NCBI GenBank assembly: GCA_964568815.1
Contig: CAZMRY010000021.1
Coordinates: 1 to 22,512 of the forward strand
DNA: 22,512 nt
DNA from: an uncultured Eubacteriales bacterium
GTDB lineage: Bacteria > Bacillota > Clostridia > RGIG6154
Reading direction: 5' to 3'
The notes beneath the pieces were generated by a model. It had not been told where the DNA came from. It was given only the letters and a program-made list of their open reading frames with translations, and ran no database searches. This document shows, in pieces, positions 17,278 through 22,512 of the stretch (positions are counted from its first letter, which is position 1; every line of letters begins with the position of its first letter). The position numbers and the translations under genes were made by a program.

Positions 17278-18681
17278 TTAAGACAAATCTTCTACATAGA
17301 TAGAAACAACTTCGTCATTATCAGCAGAGGTTTCTTCCTGTACATTATCTCTGGTCTTAAAGAATTTTTCTGCAACTTGTGGGAAAAGTGCATAGCTTAA
17401 TACATCTTCTTCACATTTTGCAATATCTTTAGTTTCTTCTCTGTATTTTTCAAGCTCAGGTTCAAGTAAATCAGCAGGTCTTACAGTTATAGGCTGTTCA
17501 TCGCCAATAGCCTTCTTTCTGACTTCTTCATTAACTTCACCAGGAAGCTGACCATACTCGCCCTTGAGAAGTCCCTTTGATTCCTTTGTTATCATTTTGT
17601 ATCTTTCGCCTGAAAGTACATTAAGAACTGCCTGTGTACCAACAATTTGGCTAGTTGGAGTAACAAGAGGTGGATAACCAAAGTCTTTTCTTACTCTAGG
17701 TACTTCTGCTAATACATCATAGTATTTATCTTCAGCATTTGCCTGTTTGAGCTGAGAAATAAGGTTTGAAAGCATACCGCCTGGAACCTGATATAAGAGT
17801 GTATTTGAATCAACATTCAAAACCTTAGGGTCAAGTGTTCCGCTTTCTTTAAGCTTTGTAGCAACCTTTCTGAAATGTGCTGCAGCTTCACTTAATTTTT
17901 CAAGGTCAAGACCTGAATCTCTTTCTGTTCCTTTAAGTGTAGCAACTAAACTTTCTGTAGCAGGGTTACTTGTACCGTTTGCCATTGGAGATAAAGCACA
18001 GTCAACAATATCTACCCCTGCCTGAATAGCCATAAGGTTAGTCATATCACCAATTCCTGCTGTATTGTGTGTATGAAGATGAATAGGAACTGAAATGTTT
18101 TCTTTAAGTTTTTTAACAAGGCTGTATGCATCATATGGAAGCAAAAGGTTTGCCATATCCTTGATACAGATAGTGTCAGCTCCCATTTTTTCAAGTTGCA
18201 TAGCAAGCTTAACGAAATAGTCCTGATTGTGTACCGGGCTTTCTGTGTAGCTGATTGCAGCTTCGCACATTCCGCCATATTCTTTAACAAATTTAATAGC
18301 TGCTTCTAAGTTTCTTGGGTCATTTAAAGCATCGAAAATTCTTACTACATCAATACCATTTTCGATAGATTTTTTACAGAATGCTTCAACAACATCATCA
18401 GCATAATGCTTATAACCTAAAATATTCTGACCTCTGAAAAGCATCTGAAGCTTTGTATTAGGGAGATTAGCTTTTAATGTTCTTAATCTTTCCCATGGGT
18501 CTTCGTTTAAAAATCTCATACAAGCATCAAAAGTTGCACCGCCCCAACATTCAAGTGACCAGTAACCAACTTCATCAAGAGCTTTAAGTCCCGGAATCAT
18601 ATCTTCAATTCTCATTCTTGTAGCTGCCTGAGACTGATGAGCATCACGAAGAATTGTATCTGTAATAAATACTTTGTTCAT
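17278..18681 (-). CDS. oadA: Oxaloacetate decarboxylase alpha subunit, carboxyltransferase (5S/PycB-type) domain only, no biotin domain
   Basis: 467 aa: ...FITDTILRDAHQSQ..., ...CIKDMANLL (the KDMA carbamyl-lysine motif) and ...HLHTHNTAG (metal ligands). The protein has no AMKM biotinylation motif. Confidence 0.88.
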   Translation of the reverse strand: MNKVFITDTILRDAHQSQAATRMRIEDMIPGLKALDEVGYWSLECWGGATFDACMRFLNEDPWERLRTLKANLPNTKLQMLFRGQNILGYKHYADDVVEAFCKKSIENGIDVVRIFDALNDPRNLEAAIKFVKEYGGMCEAAISYTESPVHNQDYFVKLAMQLEKMGADTICIKDMANLLLPYDAYSLVKKLKENISVPIHLHTHNTAGIGDMTNLMAIQAGVDIVDCALSPMANGTSNPATESLVATLKGTERDSGLDLEKLSEAAAHFRKVATKLKESGTLDPKVLNVDSNTLLYQVPGGMLSNLISQLKQANAEDKYYDVLAEVPRVRKDFGYPPLVTPTSQIVGTQAVLNVLSGERYKMITKESKGLLKGEYGQLPGEVNEEVRKKAIGDEQPITVRPADLLEPELEKYREETKDIAKCEEDVLSYALFPQVAEKFFKTRDNVQEETSADNDEVVSIYVEDLS

Positions 18682-18695
18682 TTATATTGCCTCCT

Positions 18696-20321
18696 TTATC
18701 CAAACAACGCAATTAAAACACCTGCTGCTATTGCTGAACCTATAACACCTGCAACATTAGGTCCCATCGCATGCATGAGCAAGAAGTTCTTTGGATTTTC
18801 TTTCTGTCCAACCACCTGAGAAACTCTGGCAGCCATAGGAACTGCAGAAACACCTGCCGAACCAATTAAAGGATTAATTTTATTCTTAAGGAATAAATTC
18901 ATAAATTTCGCAAGAAGAACACCACCTGCTGTACCAAAGCCAAATGCTACAACACCCATGGCGATTATTGCAAGAGTTCTTGGCTGTAAGAATGTTTCAG
19001 CAGTAGCTGTAGCACCTACAGAAACGCCAAGGAATATTGTAACAATATTCATAAGTTCGTTCTGAACTGTTTTTGAAAGTCTTTCAGCAACACCTGACTC
19101 TTTAAGAAGGTTACCGAGCATAAGTGCACCTACAAGCGGAGCTGCAGAAGGAACTAAAAGTGCAACAAAAATTGCAACAATTATTGGGAAAATAATTTTT
19201 TCCGTCTTAGAAACAGGTCTGAGTTCTTTCATAACTATCATACGCTCATTCTTGGTTGTAAGAAGCTTCATAATGGGTGGCTGTATTACAGGTACAAGCG
19301 CCATATATGAATATGCAGCTACAGCGATAGGTCCAAGCAAGTGCGGAGCAAGCTTAGATGTTACGAAAATAGCTGTAGGACCGTCTGCACCGCCAATGAT
19401 ACCAATCGAACTTGCTTCTGCTGGTGTAAAACCAAACAATGCACTCGCAGCAACATAAGTTAAGAAAATACCAAGTTGAGCAGCGGCACCTAAAAGTAAG
19501 CTCTTGGGATTTGCAATCAATGGACCAAAGTCTGTCATAGCACCTACACCGATGAATATAAGACAAGGATATATTCCAAGCTTAACACCAAGATAAAGGT
19601 AATCAACAAGTCCTGGGGTTATGGCATTTGTCGCATCAAATAAATTCCAATGCGCATGTCCGCCTGCCCACAATTCCTCATGGAACACTTCTGCCCCAGG
19701 AAGGTTTGTAAGAAGCATACCAAAAGCTATTGGAAGAAGGAGCAAAGGTTCAAACTTCTTAACAATTGCAAGATAGAAAAGAACGCATGCAATTAAAATC
19801 ATAATAAGATACTTCCAGTTAGCCGCAAGCAAATAAAAACCTGTCTGCTTGAGGAAGTTAAGTATTGACTCTGTAGCAGTTGGAGTTTTATCCTCCAATA
19901 CCTTTTCAAAAACTGCGCTTTTAACATCTTCATTGCTAAAACCCTGACCAGGTACGATTACATCTTTATTAAGAAGATATAAAACCTCACAATCCACAAT
20001 ATTAAGTACAGATTCATCAGCAACTTTTACAGGGAAATTAACTGTAACTTCATTGCCGGCAGCAATTGCACCTGTACTTGCAGACGCTCCGGATGTAAAA
20101 GTAATTTTATCTGTTTCAGCAGTCAAACTAACTATACTGTCAGCAATATCCGTTTTTTCGATATTTGCTACAGTAATGGCAATAACTTTATTTTCTTTAT
20201 CATATGCTGCATCTTTAACTTTAACAGAAACTGCATTTTCAACAGGAGCTGCAAAAGATACTGTTAAATTACAAAGTAACAACAATGCAACTAAAAGCAC
20301 AGCAAAAATTTTCTTTTTCAT
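18696..20321 (-). CDS. oadB: Na+-translocating decarboxylase beta subunit (OadB/GcdB/MmdB family) with a non-canonical N-terminal signal peptide plus a roughly 125-aa extra domain
   Basis: 541 aa. Residues from about 151 onward ([15 protein letters not shown]...[26 protein letters not shown]...) match the family from its usual N-terminus. Residues 1-24, [24 protein letters not shown]|AP, look like a Sec signal peptide. An AGAGGT SD precedes the ATG at 20321. Confidence 0.88.
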   Translation of the reverse strand: MKKKIFAVLLVALLLLCNLTVSFAAPVENAVSVKVKDAAYDKENKVIAITVANIEKTDIADSIVSLTAETDKITFTSGASASTGAIAAGNEVTVNFPVKVADESVLNIVDCEVLYLLNKDVIVPGQGFSNEDVKSAVFEKVLEDKTPTATESILNFLKQTGFYLLAANWKYLIMILIACVLFYLAIVKKFEPLLLLPIAFGMLLTNLPGAEVFHEELWAGGHAHWNLFDATNAITPGLVDYLYLGVKLGIYPCLIFIGVGAMTDFGPLIANPKSLLLGAAAQLGIFLTYVAASALFGFTPAEASSIGIIGGADGPTAIFVTSKLAPHLLGPIAVAAYSYMALVPVIQPPIMKLLTTKNERMIVMKELRPVSKTEKIIFPIIVAIFVALLVPSAAPLVGALMLGNLLKESGVAERLSKTVQNELMNIVTIFLGVSVGATATAETFLQPRTLAIIAMGVVAFGFGTAGGVLLAKFMNLFLKNKINPLIGSAGVSAVPMAARVSQVVGQKENPKNFLLMHAMGPNVAGVIGSAIAAGVLIALFG

Positions 20322-20339
20322 AGTAAGTACCTCTTATGA

Positions 20340-20705
20340 TTATTTAATTGTGCAAAGAAGTGCACCTGTTTCTACTGACTGACCTTTTGTAACTGCTACT
20401 GATGTAACTGTACCATCACAGCCTGCCATAATTTCATTTTCCATTTTCATGGCTTCTAAAATCATAAGTACCTGACCTTTTTTAACAACATCACCATTCT
20501 GAACATTAACAGAAAGAATAGTACCAGGCATCGGACTTTCGATTTTTTCACCTTCGCCTGCTGCAACAGGAGCAGCTGGAGCTTCAGAAACTACAGGTGC
20601 AGGAGTTGCAGTAGTCTGAGCTGAAGCTTTTGCTTCTGCTTCACTCATGAGTTCTATTTCCACTTCGTACATAGTACCATTTACATTAACTTTATACTTT
20701 TTCAT
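20340..20705 (-). CDS. Free-standing biotin carboxyl carrier (biotinyl/lipoyl domain) protein of the decarboxylase
   Basis: 121 aa. An Ala/Pro-rich linker (TPAPVVSEAPAAPVAAGEG) is followed by ...LMILEAMKMENEI..., which carries the AMKM biotinyl-lysine motif. Confidence 0.9.
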   Translation of the reverse strand: MKKYKVNVNGTMYEVEIELMSEAEAKASAQTTATPAPVVSEAPAAPVAAGEGEKIESPMPGTILSVNVQNGDVVKKGQVLMILEAMKMENEIMAGCDGTVTSVAVTKGQSVETGALLCTIK

Positions 20706-20721
20706 TTTAATTACCTCTTTC

Positions 20722-20997
20722 TTAACCTATTTTTTTAAATGATAAAATTCTGATATTTTTCGCCTCTGCACCGGTTTCATGTGCTATAACTGCACTAACA
20801 GCCGCAACGATTTCCTGCTTATTTGCTATTGGAGCACTGGCAGAATTGTTTGATGGAATCACCTGTTCTTTTGGCTTAACTTCATCTTTCTGGAACATTC
20901 TTACAAGATAACTTGTAATCATGCAGATAAAAACGATGCATATTAAACCTACAAATACAGTTCCCATTCCCATAAGGCAAACGAACAAATAAGACAT
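20722..20997 (-). CDS. oadG: Decarboxylase Na+ pump gamma subunit (OadG family)
   Basis: 91 aa with a single N-terminal TM helix, LMGMGTVFVGLICIVFICMI, followed by a polar tail. It is the first gene of the operon, with an AAGGAGG SD 7 nt upstream. Confidence 0.78.
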   Translation of the reverse strand: MSYLFVCLMGMGTVFVGLICIVFICMITSYLVRMFQKDEVKPKEQVIPSNNSASAPIANKQEIVAAVSAVIAHETGAEAKNIRILSFKKIG

Positions 20998-21055
20998 AAG
21001 TTGTCCTCCTTTCGCTGATTTAAAGAAAAAGCTAATCCAACCTTTTCCATGTTAT

Positions 21056-21084
21056 ATTATAACAAATCGCATTATAAATTGCAA
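21056..21084 (-). promoter_or_regulatory. Sigma-A promoter (extended -10) for the oad operon
   Basis: The minus strand reads TTGCAA (21084..21079), a 17-nt spacer, then TGT-TATAAT (-10 at 21061..21056). This lies about 58 nt upstream of the oadG ATG. Confidence 0.68.
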
Positions 21085-21121
21085 TAGTATTCTTAAATAA
21101 ATGTGATTTATTTTAATATTA

Positions 21122-21150
21122 TAGACAAAAATAATTTAATGTGATACAAT
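21122..21150 (+). promoter_or_regulatory. Sigma-A promoter (extended -10) for the MATE gene
   Basis: The plus strand reads TAGACA (21122-21127), a 17-nt spacer, then TGA-TACAAT (-10 at 21145-21150). This lies 30 nt upstream of the ATG at 21181, and an AAGGA SD is present. Confidence 0.6.
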
Positions 21151-21180
21151 GTATAAAGTTTTTTAGAAAAGGATGGTATT

Positions 21181-22512
21181 ATGAAAGAAAACAAAATGGG
21201 CTCTATGCCTGTAAACAAGCTTCTTATATCAATGGCACTGCCCATAGTAATTTCTATGATGATACAAGCTCTTTACAATATTGTAGACAGTATATTCGTA
21301 GCAAAAATCAATGAGGATGCATTAACAGCGCTCTCACTGGCATTCCCTATGCAAAATCTGATTATATCAGCTGCAACAGGGATAGGTGTTGGTATGAATG
21401 CCTTACTATCAAAAAAATTAGGAGAGCAAAATTATCCCTACGCAAACATGGTTGCGTGTAATGGCATAATTATCGAGCTGTGCGCATCAGTGATTTTTCT
21501 CATTATAGGGATTTTTATTGTACCTTTATTTATTCACTCACAGACAACAATTATATCAATTGCCAATTATGCAATATCGTACTTAAGAATATGTTGTATT
21601 TTCTCTTTCAGTGTTTTTCTTCAAATATCTTTTGAGCGACTTCTTCAGGCTACCGGAAGAACACATTTATCAATGATTACTCAAATTTCCGGTGCAGTTG
21701 TAAATATAGTACTTGACCCGATTTTTATATTCACTTTTAAAATGGGCGTTGAAGGTGCAGCAATTGCAACTGTACTTGGTCAGTTTGTAAGTGCAGTTGT
21801 AGGATATTATCTCAACAAAAAATACAACAAAGAAATAGACATTAAAACAAAAAACATTATTCCATCTATCAAAATAATAAAAAAGATTTTAATTATAGGC
21901 GTTCCATCAATTATAATGTCATCAATTGGTTCTGTTATGACCTTTTGTATGAACAAAATTCTTATTGTTCTGTCTTCAACAGCAGTCGCTGTCTTCGGAA
22001 CATATTTCAAATTACAGAGTTTTATACTTATGCCTATATTCGGATTGAATAATGGTATGGTACCAATTATTGCTTATAATTTTGGTGCAAAAAAGAAAGA
22101 AAGAATAATTTCTACAATAAAATTATCTATTATATATGCGGTTGGATTTATGTTGATAGGACTTATGATAATGCAGATTTTCCCAACACAACTTCTTCTT
22201 ATGTTTGATGCATCAGAAAATATGATAAGAATTGGTGTTACAGCACTCCGTATAATCAGTTTGAGCTTTATTTTTGCAGGCTTCTGCATAATTGCTACTT
22301 CTGTATTTCAGGCTTTTGGCAACGGTATTTACAGTATGTTTGTATCAATAGCAAGACAGTTGTTGGTACTTGTGCCAATAGCATATTTCCTATCATTAAC
22401 ACAAAACATCGACCTCGTATGGTGGGCTTTCCCAATTGCCGAACTGGTAAGTGTCGCTGTTTGTTCAATATATTTATCTAAAATCAATAATAAGTATATA
22501 AAAACACTATAA
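21181..22512 (+). CDS. MATE family multidrug/metabolite efflux transporter
   Basis: 443 aa, about 12 TM segments. The N-terminus ...PVNKLLISMALPIVISMMIQALYNIVDSIFVA... is typical of MatE domains, and a second MatE repeat starts near residue 235. The TAA stop is at the last three bases of the window. Confidence 0.88.
   Translation: MKENKMGSMPVNKLLISMALPIVISMMIQALYNIVDSIFVAKINEDALTALSLAFPMQNLIISAATGIGVGMNALLSKKLGEQNYPYANMVACNGIIIELCASVIFLIIGIFIVPLFIHSQTTIISIANYAISYLRICCIFSFSVFLQISFERLLQATGRTHLSMITQISGAVVNIVLDPIFIFTFKMGVEGAAIATVLGQFVSAVVGYYLNKKYNKEIDIKTKNIIPSIKIIKKILIIGVPSIIMSSIGSVMTFCMNKILIVLSSTAVAVFGTYFKLQSFILMPIFGLNNGMVPIIAYNFGAKKKERIISTIKLSIIYAVGFMLIGLMIMQIFPTQLLLMFDASENMIRIGVTALRIISLSFIFAGFCIIATSVFQAFGNGIYSMFVSIARQLLVLVPIAYFLSLTQNIDLVWWAFPIAELVSVAVCSIYLSKINNKYIKTL

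Noticed and set aside
1-22512. A window-wide look for CRISPR repeats, IS or transposase ends, integrases, toxin-antitoxin pairs, restriction-modification or other defence genes, tRNA or rRNA genes, and long direct repeats.
   Set aside because: None was recognised. Every ORF over 90 aa in a non-overlapping position has a confident housekeeping or transporter assignment except the P-loop NTPase. Intergenic spaces are short and are accounted for by promoters and terminators. The scan was by eye, so short or degenerate repeats could have been missed.

Overview
This 22.5-kb window looks like a chromosomal core-metabolism segment from a low-GC Firmicute (Clostridia-like). It is densely coding: 24 of 25 genes lie on the minus strand. 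Read in minus-strand transcription order (high to low coordinates), it contains the following units.

- **Oxaloacetate decarboxylase Na+ pump:** a four-gene operon, oadG, a free-standing biotin carrier, oadB and the oadA carboxyltransferase, ending in a strong terminator.
- **EamA/DMT transporter:** a single gene directly after that terminator.
- **Histidine operon:** a complete 10-gene set, hisZ-G-D-C-B-H-A-F-IE plus a PHP-type histidinol phosphatase, behind a near-consensus promoter with almost no leader.
- **2-oxoacid:ferredoxin oxidoreductase operon:** an uncharacterised P-loop NTPase, the four oxidoreductase subunits (delta-alpha-beta-gamma, VOR-like) and ilvE, with its own promoter and terminator.
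- **ABC permease pair:** a two-gene operon of LplB/LplC-type sugar permeases with no binding protein or ATPase.
- **ppdK:** the N-terminal 454 codons of pyruvate,phosphate dikinase, running off the left edge. This gene is absent from the supplied ORF track.

A MATE efflux gene on the plus strand closes the window.

I saw no tRNA or rRNA genes, CRISPR arrays, transposases, integrases or recognisable defence genes, so I would call this an ordinary housekeeping region rather than an accessory island. Three things are most worth a second look:

1. A signal peptide plus a roughly 125-aa beta-rich domain is fused to the N-terminus of OadB.
2. The unassigned SIMIBI-type NTPase is translationally coupled to the oxidoreductase.
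3. The permease-only operon has a perfect palindrome over its promoter.

All homology statements come from reading the translations for motifs and family signatures. No database search was run.
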